Source of the DNA: Podarcis pityusensis
Taxonomy: Eukaryota
Assembly: GCA_964106645.2 (NCBI GenBank)
Contig: OZ067043.1
Reading direction: 5' to 3' (one strand)
Length of the DNA: 64,000 bases
The position numbers and the translations under genes were made by a program. A model generated the notes under the pieces. The model saw only the letters and a list, made by a program, of their open reading frames with translations, was not told the DNA's origin and ran no database searches. Position 1 is the stretch's first letter; the number at the start of each line of letters is the position of its first letter. This document shows positions 47,005-60,626 of this stretch, piece by piece.

Positions 47005-47286
47005 TATATTTGTGGTGGGTCTTGAACATGCAAAATTGAATGTTCTTCAAAAACCAGTTGAAGATATTAATAGAACTTGAGCCTCTGTGCAAAGATTCCA
47101 GTCATAGACACCCTCAATATTATATAACATGGTTTACAGCTTATTCGATCTTTTAACAAAAATGTTTTAGCCTTTTTATGATGTGCTGAGGTCTGTATTC
47201 TACTGTATTCACTCTTTTGATTTTGCTGCTTAGGTTATGATTATAACACTTCTGCAGAATAAATGTTTTGTAGATGTTGCTGTCCA

Positions 47287-47393
47287 AATAATAATAATAA
47301 TAATAATAATAATAGTTTATACCCCGCCCATCTGGCTGGGTTTCCCCAGCCATTCTGGGTGGCTTCCAACTGAATATTAAAAACAATACAGCA
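47287..47393 (-). mobile_element. L2-type 3' tail with (AAT)n microsatellite
   Basis: (AAT)n followed by TTTATACCCCGCCCATCTGGCTGGGTTTCCCCAGCC. Confidence 0.6.
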
Positions 47394-49147
47394 TCTTCCG
47401 CTAATATGTTGTACTAGTTTTGAATGCTTGCTTTAACTTGTACTAAATTGTTTGCTTGCATTTGAATAATCTACATTTTCTTATGCTTTTAAATTAGGGA
47501 TTAATAAACTTTTTAAAAGCCTTTTCCTATTTCTCATTTGCAAATCTATTGCATAGTAATTTGTATCTGTGACTGTCATAACATCTTAAAGGTGACACTG
47601 CAGATTTCAAACCTGTTTTATTTTAAACGAAAACTCTTTAATTAAGAGTACTTACTACAGTAAATATAAGCAACATTGTAAAACTGGACAAAATATATTA
47701 CAACACAAAACCACTGTTATCAGCCTGAAGGGAAGGGTTTAAATAAAACAATAACTATTATAATTATAATTATTTCTACCAGGAACTAAATGAACTTCAG
47801 AAAGACTGTGACATCACATTTTCACCAAATATGATGTACAGTATCCAGTACATCAATAGCCCTTCCAGCACTTAGACATTAGGATGAATGTGAAGTACTC
47901 TCTGTATCTTCATGAGATTTAGCATTATTAGTGGATGACTTTGAACGTTGCCTCTTTGATCTAGCATAGATATATTGAAAAAAAGTTTAAATGAAATTTG
48001 CTTCCAGTATTCTGGTGGCATAAGCTGGTTTCCTGATTTGTTTAGTAATGGGAAAATGTGATTGTAAATCCCAGGCAACATGGGACCGTTGGAGCATTTA
48101 TTTTTCATACTTCTGGCTACTGGCTACTTGGTTGTTTCAGCTAAAGTTCATTTTATAGTTCTCTCTGCAACCATAAGGAAAAAGGAAGGTTCTTCTGATG
48201 AGCTTAAACTAAATCAAAGCCAATTTATTGAAAATTTTATGATACTTCAAAAGCAATTATGTAAGCTTTTATCCCTTCATGTTAGCAAGCTGATGAATGG
48301 TTTTAAAAGCATTTTCTTTTAACAAAAAAAGGGTTGTTTTTTAAAAAAAGAAATCATGAACATTTTAAATACTATTTCCTTTATCACATTATTTTTCCTA
48401 GAGATGCCAGTCCTTTTTTTAATTTAGGAAGGCTTTTAACAGTACTATGTAGCTATTTCAGAGTGGCATTATCTGGAACAGCAACATAATCAAATGCAGG
48501 GTGCAGGAGAGGTGTATTACTGGTTCCTATCTGACTTCTAAAATACATCTTGCAGTGCCTGGTAATTCTAGAGTTTTCCATCCAAACACCAAACCAAGTA
48601 TTGGCTTGCTTGTATAAAGGAATTAATGGCTTTGTGAAAGCTGCAGAGTAGGAGGAGATTCTTTAAAAAAAAAACAAAAGTGAGGAGCAAGGAATAGGCT
48701 GGAGAGATTTCATGTCTCTAGATACCAAGCAATGTGATGTATAGGAATTTTGAAGTAGTTATGCATTCCTGTGTGGGACTGAAGTATAAGATTGTGACAT
48801 AAGATAAGTGTTTTAAAAATAAAAAGTTCGTTGGTGCACAGGAGCCTAAAATATTCCAGCCTTGCTCTAAATGAGCTTAATGCAAGAAGTTTGCTTTTGG
48901 ATTGTCATATCTGAAGCTGGTGTTCTCCAGAAGGATTTGTCTTGGTTCCAGTTTTTGACTGTGTTCTTGTCAACAGCCTTTAACATTCCATATTGCAATT
49001 TACTGGAAAGCTTTGATGCAATTGTGCTTTAAAAGTACCTTGTAGAGAAAGCTGCATGAATAGAGATCACAAATTGTAAATTGATTTAAGATCTGCAGGA
49101 GCTTTTAAACATAAGTATCTAGGTTAAGCATATGGTGTCTTAAATAG

Positions 49148-49326
49148 NNNNNNNNNNNNNNNNNNNNNNNNNNNNNNNNNNNNNNNNNNNNNNNNNNNNN
49201 NNNNNNNNNNNNNNNNNNNNNNNNNNNNNNNNNNNNNNNNNNNNNNNNNNNNNNNNNNNNNNNNNNNNNNNNNNNNNNNNNNNNNNNNNNNNNNNNNNNN
49301 NNNNNNNNNNNNNNNNNNNNNNNNNN
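49148..49326. other. Assembly gap (179 N)
   Basis: Run of N covering the RBM12 acceptor and start codon. Confidence 1.
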
Positions 49327-49327
49327 G

Positions 49328-51844
49328 GCTTTCATCGTCTTTGCCACTGATGAAGATGCAAGGCTGGGTATGATGCGCACAGGTGGTACCATTAAAGGGT
49401 CCAAAGTAACACTGTTGCTGAGCAGTAAAACTGAAATGCAGAATATGATTGAACTCAGTCGCAGGCGCTTTGAAACAGCAAATCTAGATATGCCACCAGC
49501 AAATGCTAGCAGGTCTGGGCCTCCACCTAGTTCTGGAATAAGTAGCAGGGTGACTCTTCCTACGACAGTACCTAACTTTAACAGTCCCTCTCCTAGTGTA
49601 GTTACTGCAGCTACTTCAGTTCATGAAAGCAACAAAAACATACCAACATTCTCCACTGCCAGTATGGGAACTGCTCCTCCTAATATTGGTGCTACTTTTG
49701 GAAGTCCCACCTTTAGTTCCACCATACCTAGTACAGCATCCTCAATGAACACAGTACCACCTCCACCAATACCTCCAATTCCAGCTCTGCCATCATTGCC
49801 CCCAATGCCTTCCATTCCTCCCATCCCTGTCCCACCTCCAGTACCTACACTGCCTCCTGTTCCCCCAGTTCCCCCAATACCTCCTGTACCTCCTGTGCCA
49901 CCTATGACCCCTCTGCCTCCTTTATCAGGAATGCCTCCAATGAACCCCCCACCTGTAGCACCTTTGCCTACAGGAATGAATGGATCTGGAACAGCCATGA
50001 ATCTGAGCACTAACTTGAATCCAATGTTTATGAGTCCCATAAATCCTATTCAGATCAATTCTCAAAGTGGTGTGAAATCACTTCCTATCAATCCAGATGA
50101 TCTGTATGTCAGTGTGCATGGAATGCCATTCTCGGCAACAGAATCTGACGTGAAAGACTTTTTTCATGGACTTCGTGTGGATGCAGTGCATATACTGAAA
50201 GATCATGTAGGACGAAATAATGGAAATGGATTAGTTAAGTTTTGTTCTCCTCAAGATACATTTGAAGCCTTGAAGCGAAACAGGATGCTGATGATTCAGC
50301 GCTATGTCGAAGTTGGTCCTGCAACAGAGAGACAGTGGGTGTCTGCAGGAGGCCATATAACATTCAAGCAAACCATGGGTCCTTCTGGACAAAATCATCC
50401 TTCTCCTCAGTCTCTCTCTATGTCTAAATCACCTAATGGTCAGAAAAGATCCAGATCCAGATCACCACATGACCAGGGCTTCTGTGTTTATTTAAAAGGA
50501 CTTCCTTTTGAATCTGAGAACAAGCATGTAATAGATTTCTTTAAAAAGCTGGATATTGTGGAAGACAGTATTTACATAGCTTATGGACCCAATGGGAAAG
50601 CACTTGGTGAAGGTTTTGTTGAGTTCAGAAATGAAACTGACTACAAAGCAGCTTTATGTCATCATAAGCAGTACATTGGAAATCGTTTCATTCAAGTACA
50701 TCCCATAACAAAAAAAGCTATGTTAGAAAAGATAGAAATGATTCGGAAAAGACTGCAGAACTTCAACTATGATCAGCGTGAGATCATTATGAATACTGAA
50801 GGGGAGACTGGCCCTTCTAAACTCTGTGCACATATATCCAATATCCCCTACAACATTACTAAAATGGAAATCCTTCAGTTTCTAGAGGGACTGGCAGTGG
50901 AAGAGAACTCTATACAAATTCTTGTTGATAGTAATGGGCAAGGTTTAGGACAAGCACTGGTCCAATTCAAAGCTGAAGAAGATGCTCGTAAATCAGAGCG
51001 CCTGCATCGAAAGAAACTAAATGGGAGAGATGTTGTGCTAAGAGTGATTTCCCTTGAAGAAATGAGAGAAATTGAGAGAAATCCTCCCTCCCAGGGGAAA
51101 AAAATGTTGAAAATGCCATTGCAAGGGAGTGCACTAATGCCAGGAGTGCAGAATGCTGGTGGGGATAAACATTCTTTCATAGGTAATAGCCCCAAAGATG
51201 CAAACAGTGGTCCTCCTTTTCATTTTCCCAGCAATTTCAGTGGGTCTAATGCATTTGGCCCCCCTCTTCCACCTCCAGGAATAGGAGGTGGCTTTGGTGA
51301 TTCAAGGCCAGGGATGCCTTCTATTGGAAATAGTGGCCTGCCTGGTCTGCCTGGTTCAGGAATTGATGTTCCGGGTTTTGGAGGTGGGCCTAGCAATTTA
51401 ACTGGGCCATCAGGTTTCACAGGAGGTCCTCAGAACTTTGGAAATGGGCCTGGTAATTTAACTGTTCCTCCTAACTTTGGTAGTGGACCTCCAGGTCTTG
51501 GTGGTGCGCTTGGACATTTAAGTGGACCTCCAGGGTTTGGACCTGGACCTGGAAACTTGCATATTGCTGGGCCACCTGGGTTTGGAGCTGGCTCTGGAAA
51601 GCCAGGGCCAACTGTCATTAAAGTTCAGAATATGCCCTTTACTGTATCAGTGGATGAAATTTTGGATTTCTTCTATGGTTACCAAGTAATCCCAGGTTCA
51701 GTGTGCTTAAAATACAATGAAAAGGGCATGCCAACAGGTGAAGCAATGGTTGCATTTGAATCTCGTGATGAAGCAATGGCAGCTGTTGTTGATCTGAATG
51801 ACAGGCCAATAGGCTCAAGAAAAGTCAAACTTGTTCTAGGGTAG
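49328..51844 (+). CDS. RBM12: RNA-binding protein 12, single coding exon, 5'-partial because of the gap (expected about 880 aa)
   Basis: Open frame from the gap: AFIVFATDEDARLGMMRTGGTIKGSKV..., Pro-rich tract, several RRMs (LYVSVHGMPF, FCVYLKGLPF, LCAHISNIPY, VIKVQNMPF), G/P-rich repeats, ending GSRKVKLVLG-TAG. Confidence 0.96.
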   Translation, partial: AFIVFATDEDARLGMMRTGGTIKGSKVTLLLSSKTEMQNMIELSRRRFETANLDMPPANASRSGPPPSSGISSRVTLPTTVPNFNSPSPSVVTAATSVHESNKNIPTFSTASMGTAPPNIGATFGSPTFSSTIPSTASSMNTVPPPPIPPIPALPSLPPMPSIPPIPVPPPVPTLPPVPPVPPIPPVPPVPPMTPLPPLSGMPPMNPPPVAPLPTGMNGSGTAMNLSTNLNPMFMSPINPIQINSQSGVKSLPINPDDLYVSVHGMPFSATESDVKDFFHGLRVDAVHILKDHVGRNNGNGLVKFCSPQDTFEALKRNRMLMIQRYVEVGPATERQWVSAGGHITFKQTMGPSGQNHPSPQSLSMSKSPNGQKRSRSRSPHDQGFCVYLKGLPFESENKHVIDFFKKLDIVEDSIYIAYGPNGKALGEGFVEFRNETDYKAALCHHKQYIGNRFIQVHPITKKAMLEKIEMIRKRLQNFNYDQREIIMNTEGETGPSKLCAHISNIPYNITKMEILQFLEGLAVEENSIQILVDSNGQGLGQALVQFKAEEDARKSERLHRKKLNGRDVVLRVISLEEMREIERNPPSQGKKMLKMPLQGSALMPGVQNAGGDKHSFIGNSPKDANSGPPFHFPSNFSGSNAFGPPLPPPGIGGGFGDSRPGMPSIGNSGLPGLPGSGIDVPGFGGGPSNLTGPSGFTGGPQNFGNGPGNLTVPPNFGSGPPGLGGALGHLSGPPGFGPGPGNLHIAGPPGFGAGSGKPGPTVIKVQNMPFTVSVDEILDFFYGYQVIPGSVCLKYNEKGMPTGEAMVAFESRDEAMAAVVDLNDRPIGSRKVKLVLG

Positions 51845-53540
51845 CTGGTAATATAAAATGTTTGTAGAATAGATATTAGTGCTGTGATTTATGCATTCAG
51901 ACTGTTTTATAGTAGCTCCAGGTTAGAACCTATAAATTGTTTAAACTTTCCATTTGTTTTGATTTGACTGGTTTAATTGTTTACAGAGCAATCACTGCAA
52001 GAGGAAATGTGCAGTTGTTCTACCAGTACAGATACATAAAGAAGGATTCTCATCAGTAGAAAAAGTTTGCTAATGCTAAATTAACCATGCAATGTTTATC
52101 AAGGAGTCTAGATTGTGTTTTTGTTTTTGTTTTTTGAAATCTTGGATGAGGAAAACTGTCTTGGTGAAGTTAGTGATCTCTTAGTGGGTGCTGTTGCAAG
52201 CTATTGTAAAATAGGAAGTAGCTCTTTCTAGAGTTGGTTAAAAGCTGGCTGAATTTCTTTGTTTACACAGGTCAAAGTTTTTTTTGTTTTTTGGGGGTTA
52301 TTTTGCTTAAAAGTCCCGAGTTTAACATTGCAACTGAATAAAGTCTAAGTATACACAGATTGTTTATGTACCTTATTTTTTCAAAGATTCTTGGTGTATG
52401 GACAGTGAAATTATGTACATTGAGAAACATATAGGCAGTTTTCCTATACATAAACAGAACAATCTGTAAAATTCCAGCTTTTGTGGAATAATTTTAGTTC
52501 ATATTTCAACTGACTGTATAGAATAAGGCTTTTGCCACAAGTGCAGATACCTTCATTTATTACTCTGCATCTTTACTGTATGCTTAATATTGAATACATG
52601 GAGGTGCCATACCATGCCACAATTTGAAAGTATAACTGTTTGATTAGATGGATTTGTTAGGATTGTATGTTACAGTTGGGATAGGATCCTCATCACTTGG
52701 TTTTTGTACACTCTGTATGTTGTGTATATTTTTGAACCACACCCTTCTGAAATCTCTTGGTTTATTAAGTGAACATAAGGGACTGATGCAAAGTGTTAAT
52801 GTTAGCAATCATTTGTGTTACTATGATTCCATGAAATCTTGTGAATTATTGCTATGATCACTTAATATATTAAAGCATTGAAATGTCTCCCGTCACAAAT
52901 TGAGTTCTTAAAGTCTTTCCAATAGATTACATTGTTCAAATTCTGTGTAGAATTGTCACTTTCTTGGTAGAACTCTCTTATGAAAGAGGGAAGATGCAAA
53001 TCAAAGACTGTCCATGATTAGATTCAACAAGTTGCCTGAAAAAACACTTGCAAATCATTGTATATTTAAAAAACATTTTAAGCTATTCTGATCCCAGTTA
53101 AAGGGAAACAGTGTCCATTTGAGTTGTGTATGATGGAACATCCGAAGTGCACAGCCTGGCATAATGTAGACATGCAAGCGGCAACCATTCTATTCTAGTC
53201 ATCCAGTGTGTTAGGTGAATGAAAAAACATGCTGAATTGCTGCATCATGAGAGGATTTTGCAGTACAGTAATTCAAGGATTGTGTGAAAGTGTTGCAATG
53301 AAGTGGTGGCTGTATTACAAATTTTGTAATTCATGGATTTGAAACTGTTTTGACAGGAACAGAGATGGTGCATTCCTGAAAAATGACATGATTGTACTAC
53401 ACTGTTAAAATTACTAAGCCTCCTGTTAATAAAACTGTCTTTCTGAAGTTTCTTGCTATCTATTTTTAATTGTCTGGTGTGTTTCAACAGCAGACTTCTT
53501 TTATTGAACGGTCAATAAAAATATTACATTTTGAGGAAAT
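51845..53540 (+). other. RBM12: RBM12 3'UTR with several candidate poly(A) signals
   Basis: AU-rich, no obvious repeats; AATAAA at 52337, 53428 and 53514. Confidence 0.55.
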
Positions 53541-55706
53541 GGCCTGAATAGGGAATGAGCATTTTCTACTTCTATTTTTAAAGTTTGTTCTCTAATTGCC
53601 AACTAGTTTGCAATCATACGGGTATGACTGCAGGAATACAAATCCTGAAAAGTAAAATCATGAGGTTGAACTGAAAGGTTCTGTTTCATGAATGAAATGA
53701 CTTCTTTCAATCACTGATGACTATTTCCATGGATGGGCATCCCTTTAATGAGTGGAATGGAACCTTTGGATTTAGCCCAATGTTTTATTTCAAGAATTGG
53801 TTGAATTTTGAAAGTAGTATGTAGATGAATTGGTAACCATACTTAAATATTGAAAAATCCTAGCATTGCTTTTGTTGATGTTAACTTCAATTAAACTGGT
53901 GGTTTTTAGTCCTCTGTCACTTAATGGTTTTGAACGCTTCGTTTCACTTTGAAGTGGGATTGTTAGGATACTTCTGCAAATATTCTAGAAAATACAGCAG
54001 GGTACTAGGAAATTCTTGTAGACGTGTTTCTTCAGATTGTTATGCAGATGGTGTCTGAAATCCCATCTGATTCATATCCTGTATACTGATTAAAAATTTA
54101 AAAAATAGTGCACTAGTAAATCTTCTTTAAAATGAGAGGATATATTTGTCTGAAGTTTTTAAAATTGCAGCTGATCTTGCAAAAGCTATACTCAAAGCTT
54201 AATATTTATATTTGGTGTTTATATACTGTCCAATTAATCATGTCCTCTGGTCAGTGGCTATATTGACACTTTAACACCTCAGTATACACATCAGATACTG
54301 GAAAATTCATGTGATGTTATTGTAGGGGTTTTCTTAGTGGTGTACAAGCTGAAATTAATTTGGGAGCTTGTGTTAAAGTTTTGACGAGAAGACAATGTTT
54401 TCCTGGAAAATTCTGCAAGGTGGATTGGATCCTAGAAACCACTTACAGAATGTGCTGTCTCACCCACTCCAGGATTAGAGGATCTTTATGTATATGGAGG
54501 AGGGAGTTACAAGACACCATAGGACCCACCTTGCATTAACAGACATTTATTCTTCCCATACTAGAGTCCCTTTTTATTCCAACTCAATGAGTAGAACAAA
54601 CAGCTAAATTTTGCTTATTTTATCTAAGAAAACTTTTACAGTGCAATCTTATGCCTATTTACTCAGAAGTCAGTCCCATTGAGTTCAATGGGACTTATTC
54701 TTAGGTAATTATGTATAAGATTATATTTGCAGTATGATTTCCAGTGTACAACAGATTGTCACCCTCATTGGAGTAGCTAAATAATATTTGTTTAGAGATG
54801 AAAGGCCAGAGAAATACAAGCAATATGTCTTTCAGATTCCAGTTAGATTTGTCTTTAATATTGGAGGTCCCAGTGGCATCTGTTAAATGAAACACCAGTT
54901 TCACCTAGTGTGCCTGCTGCAGTGCCTCTTGGGCATAATTCGCCTTTCTACAGTTATCTTTGCTGTTGACATCCATACTGCATAGTGTTGTATGTAGGAT
55001 GTCCAAACTTCACTTGAAATAGCTGCTTGGAACTTATCCTGCCAGTATATATTATGTTTTAATTTTAATTCAGTTGGTTGGATCCTGAGAGAAAATGAGT
55101 GGAACTCTGCTCGCACAATGGGGTTTTCTTGGCTCATCTTCCACACATCAATCCTCTGTTTCCCCTGAAAAGCTGTTCCTGAAGGTCAAGGGTCCTTTTG
55201 AACACTGTTTGATGGGGCATGTGACTACAGAAGAAAATGGGTACAGATTGAGAGGCTGCCTTGTACAAATGGAAGTGCCTTTCTGCTTTTAGGAAATATC
55301 TTTGGATCCAAGCCATTGAGTACAAGTAAAGTACTAGTCTTGATTGAAAGTTCAGAATTGGGGCTTCTGAAGGGCGTCTGATTCTGTGCGAATATCTAAA
55401 TTCCTTGAGATCTTTAGAGACCCTACTGTGGGTGCCCCTGCTTTTGGAGATTCAGTGGATGACTAATGGGGATAGGGTGCTGTGAGTGGTGATGTCCAAT
55501 TGATGGAATAAATTGATAGAACCACTTAGCTAGCCCCTAACTTTGCTAGCCTTTAGCTCACATTGGGGAGCATTAGATGGATTTAATTATATTTTTTGCT
55601 CTGCTAACGTTATTTAAGGAGCAATATTGTAGAAGGCATAGTGAGTCTTGTTTCTCAACATGTAGCTGATGTTCTCTAAGAGTATGAAATTAATATACAT
55701 CTATAT

Positions 55707-55952
55707 GAACCAATGGCTTCAAGTTACAAGAAAGGAGATTCCAACTAAACATCAGGAAAAACCACACAGTAAGAGCTGTTCGACGGTGGAACGGTCTCCC
55801 TCGGGAGGTTGTGGACCCTCCTTCCTTGGAGGTTTTTAAGCAAAGGTTGAGTGGCCATCTGCTATGGATGCTTTAACTGAGATTCCTGCATTGCAGGAGG
55901 TTGGACTAGATGACCCTTGGGGTACCTTCCAACTACAATTCTATGATTCTAT
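55707..55952 (+). mobile_element. CR1 LINE 3' end
   Basis: AATGGCTTCAAGTTACAAGAAAGGAGATTCC...TGGAAC...GGTTGGACTAGATGACC...ATTCTATGATTCTAT. Confidence 0.88.
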
Positions 55953-58180
55953 AACCCAGTTTTCTAGATTTTGATTAGAATTTTATAAACTGCCTTTCTG
56001 CTTTAGAGTGTTTGAAGCAGCGTTCAGGAAAAACACCTAATAGTACACTGCCAGAGTATACGGCACTTTATTAAATCAATACCACACAGTTATTCACCAT
56101 GAGGAGCCTACTTACTAAATTCTAACTACGAGAAAGAAGAAAAACGTATAGAAGAGAGATAAAGGTGGAAGGAATATTTTTTTGTGTTCAGCTGCACACA
56201 TTTAGGCATTTTGTCTTTGGGTGAGAAGCCTTTATGGAAGATAGACGTTTTGAGATGTGATGCAATATTGATTTATAAAGAGGAGCAAACAGTAGAGCCA
56301 TTTAAGTGAGCTAGTGGCTTTTGAGAAGCAGAGGACACCAAACATGATGGTGCCCATTGTTATGACACTTTACTGTTAAACAACTATTTATAATGACTTA
56401 AAATAATTTCTGTTAGAAGACGTTGTTGTGTTAAAACCAAGCACTCCCAATTTTTTAAAAAATATATCAGGTATTGTGTTAGAAAATAAAGCTACCACTT
56501 GGTGATTCAGTTAAGGAAACCTATGCACATAAGCAGGTTTCTGTGTATTTTTTATTTAACCAGATTTCTGTTTTATTTAACAATTTATATCATGTTTAAT
56601 TGTAAGCACCTCTAAGAAGTTTACATAAAATATATAATATTACAACAAAGAATAAATACTGCCTCAACGAAGAAGTTTTTAGCAGGCACCAAAAATAGTA
56701 CAGCAAAGGGACCTGTATAATGCCGAAAGGAATTGCGTTCCAGAGAAGGTGTGGCATTAACAGCATTGTAGGCAGTATTGAGTTCAGTACACTAAATAGG
56801 GGTCAGCAGCTGGAAGTGCTTGTGCCAAATTCATTCAGCCAGCAACACAGAGGCAGAAGAGATGTTGAGGCTGCAGTATCTGTGGCATCAGCTTGCTGGC
56901 AGGCCACTTTTTAGGGACTGCATGTGGGATTTTGGCAAATAAGCATCCACTCATTAAAGTGAGAGGAAAACACTGCTGACTTGCAGCATACAGAAATTTG
57001 TTTTTGATCTGTTGTTGGTCTGCCAATGCATAAGACATTAGTCCTTACACTGCATAAGTGATTGATTGTAAAGAGCATATGGAAGGGACACTGCCAGATT
57101 TCTGAAATTGTGATAATTTCTCGTATTGAAAAATGCTTTATTTTGGTGTTTCTATTCTACATAGCATTATTACTTGTGCGAGGAACTTGGCTTTGTGTTT
57201 GTATTTTTTTAAAAGCAAAATTCTGCATTAAAAGAAGAAAATTCCTGCAGCCTGTCTAAATTACACAGCTTAATTTTGCTTGCTTCTGCTTCTCTTTATT
57301 TATCGCCCATGCACTTAATCTCTGTCCATGATACCTAGAGACCTGGACTTTATATTCAAAGTCTTCATGTAAATCGTGGTTTTATGTATTTATGCAGACT
57401 TGTATACAGGCAGCTTTATTTTTTTATTTGTTGTGTGTGTGGCCAAGGACATGTGTCTCTCCCAGTATATCTTCACAGCTGCCTTTATGAAGAATAGTGA
57501 CTGTCCAAGGATTTACACAGTGATCTTCATGGCTTAGTGGGGGTTTGAATGTGGGTCTCTCATAGGTCCAACAAAATTCTGTTGTAGCTTAGGTGTGTGT
57601 GCACAACTGTCCCCTGTTGTTAACTATTATTTTTGGTTCAAGACTTAAGTTCTAATTGGTGGCAATAAAGTTTATTGCAAAATGTGCCTGAGCATATGAA
57701 AAGTGATAGGTTGCAGGTACTCAAGCTACAATTGCGGCAATTTTCGGGCAGCCTTTCTTTTGATTTCAGGTCCTTTCTGTGGATTTTGAGATTTTTAGGT
57801 TAGCTAGCTTTGGCCTTTGCAGTACAGTGTTTGGTGAAATAGTTACTTGCAACAAGTTTAGAAAATTGTTGTTTTTCCTTTCTTCTGACTTGTACTTCTT
57901 TTACTCAGAACAAGTTTAAATGTATTCAGCACTTAGATGGTTTAGCTCACAAGTTTATTAATACATGGGCCTTCCACCAAAAACTGAATGTGTCATATGT
58001 GAGAGACAGATACTTTTGTGCTAAAATTGGTTACGATGGTGCAGCAGAACATTAGTTTGCAGGTTCAATATGAGTGTGCTCTACCTTTTAAACCAGGATT
58101 TGCTGAATGATCCTTTCTCTTAAACTTGTTTAGGTGTAGTTAACAGATATTTCTCAAATACATATAGATTAATTCCAGAG

Positions 58181-58452
58181 TAGTTGTTCCCAAACTTTTT
58201 CCCCCTATGGGCCACTTGAAAATTGGTTGGCAGACCACTTAGTTATTTTTCTTCCTGTTGTAGCAATTGTCATGCACTTGCAGATGCTGTGTGATTTTTA
58301 CTTGTATTTAATTGTATTACAACTTGTATTCCAGAGAATAAAATTGTAATACTATATGAGAAATGAAAAGATAAAGTTCAAATGAATATTTATTGTGGAC
58401 ATGCTATGGATCACCTGGGTGAAGCTTGCACACCACAGTTCAGAAACCCTTG
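58181..58452 (+). mobile_element. hAT MITE (degenerate), same family as 60627-60971
   Basis: Sequence matches the reverse complement of 60627-60971. Confidence 0.65.
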
Positions 58453-60626
58453 CTATAGAACCTTGTTAAAGTTTTCAGAACAGTGAAACTTTGCATACAA
58501 GTAATGCGATGCTTAATTTAAGGTGCATGCATGGCCCTTGGGAGAACTATCCTTTTTTGGTTGGATTATTCAGACATTTTTTTCTTGCATTCTTTACTGT
58601 TAAACTGTAGGTCTAGTGTTGTGTATTGGATCTGGTTATTACTATGGACAACATAATTAGAATCTAAACTTTGACTATAGAATACTAGAAAATATGCTGT
58701 ATAGATTGAAAACTTCAGTGTTGTCAGTCATCCTTTGTCTGTTGGCTCTATCACTGGAAAATGGTGGTATTTTGACACTGGCCTATCAAGAATACGGTTG
58801 TGATGCTAAAGAATCCAGAGAATAACATCACATTTAATATACATCACGTTAAGGTAGGTAAAATGTCTAGCTACATGGTTGATTGGCAGTCGGTGCATTT
58901 AATTTGCTTGGATTAGCTCTCAGGGTTCTAGCAAAGTGTTTTGTTCATATCTATGACTCATGTGGCCCTCATGGTAGTATTCCTAAACCACCTCAAAGGT
59001 CTATAAGCTATAAGACAGTTGGCTCTGCTTACCCACTCAGTGATGATGACCAAAAATATTTCTCACTCCATCACAAGACAGTACAAGTGTCAAATCTCCT
59101 AAAGAACAGATACTATGATAGATTTGAACTTTGCGGATTTAATACTAGTGCAGAAAAAATTGTGGTCATTGTGTGGATGAGCAGTACCAGCTACCTTAAG
59201 GTCATTGTAAAGACTACATCCCTTGAAAAAATAGATTTTGAAATGCACCAGGAACAAAGAATAGTCTGCCCCTCCCATCATTATTGTGCATTTCTTTTCT
59301 TCAACATTCCTTATATTTGTTGGATACCTCTTGTAAACCTAAATACTATCTTCATCTAAGAGGTTTATTTATTTATTTTTATGTCATTTATCTTTCACTT
59401 AATATTTAGAATGTCTTAAGTGGTGTACTTTTTTAAAAAAGGATAAGGATGATTAAAATTCATAATAGCAGTAAGAAACTACTTGAAAACCACTGCTTTG
59501 AGAGTTTCCCCCCTGGCATACAGGTATACATTTTATGAAATAAGAATAATAAATAAATAAAGTGCCTGCTGAAACAGGAAAGTCTGTCAAGAACCTGAAA
59601 TTCAGTAGGGAAGAGTTCTGCATAATCTCAAATTTGGTAGAAATTCAAATTAGACAAAACCAGAGAACACATTTCCATGTAATAAGGAATGTGCAGTCAA
59701 CACTGGAAAAATTATTCACTCAAAGTTAACCACCTAAAATTTGGTGCTGCTAAGAATTGAGGATTCTTTTGTTTCATTTCTGTGCAGGGCTGGCTGTTAG
59801 GAATTCTTCTTTCGAATGAAGGCTCAGAGCAGCTTAAGTAGCAGCCTTCTGCCTACCCACCCAGTAACTGGATTCACTCTTGCTTAGCTTCACTGGTGCA
59901 CTCTGTGATCTCCAGTTGAAGGGTGGTATACAAATTCAATAAATAAAAATTATAAATTATAGATTTTCCTGATAGAGCTACTCCAAAGGGAAATGCTAAC
60001 AATAACTATATGCAAATTATGCACTTGCTTAGTAGGGAGAGTTTTTTATTTAACCAATGCATGATTTTTCTAATGGAACTGAGAGGTGGCCATTGAATTT
60101 CCTCACATGTATGCAGAAGCATTTCATGCTGCCTACAGAAGCTGCTTTGTATCCAAGCTTATGATGTTTCCAGGCATTCAATACAGTAACTTCTAAAAGG
60201 TGAAGATTAGACATTGATTGCCAGTCGATGACAGGTGAGTTACAAGACTCAGGTTTTGTTAAAATGGTATCTTAAAGACAACCATGAACCATTACCAGTG
60301 TTGTCTTTGTAACAAATTTACCATGTAGTACTTGCAGTATAGATCTGGTGCTGGAAAGAAACAAGTGGCTAAAGAATGAACTAAGCATACACAATGAGAA
60401 ATAGTGGGAAATACACTAAACAATAATACATCCTGGCGTTTGGTCGGTTTTCAGCTAGAGGAGGCTTGCAAAATCCCCCAACTTTCAAACAGTAAATAAC
60501 AAATAAGGTTCTAAGTTGAGCGGCTGTTTTCTCTATAGTTAGGGAAGAGGATATGCTGATCATCATCACAAATGGGAACTGAAGGTTTCACTGAGATAAT
60601 GAAACTGCATCTATAATGGCTTATTG

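Noticed and set aside
49621-51618. Gly-rich antisense ORFs opposite RBM12
   Set aside because: Mirror images of Pro/Gly codons on the sense strand
53700-53800. TGATGA box C-like motif suggesting a snoRNA
   Set aside because: No matching box D or terminal stem at a suitable distance
58883-59359. 158-aa ORF in the downstream region, checked as a possible CPNE1 exon
   Set aside because: Non-ATG start, no copine C2/vWA motifs such as SKSDP, no convincing splice sites
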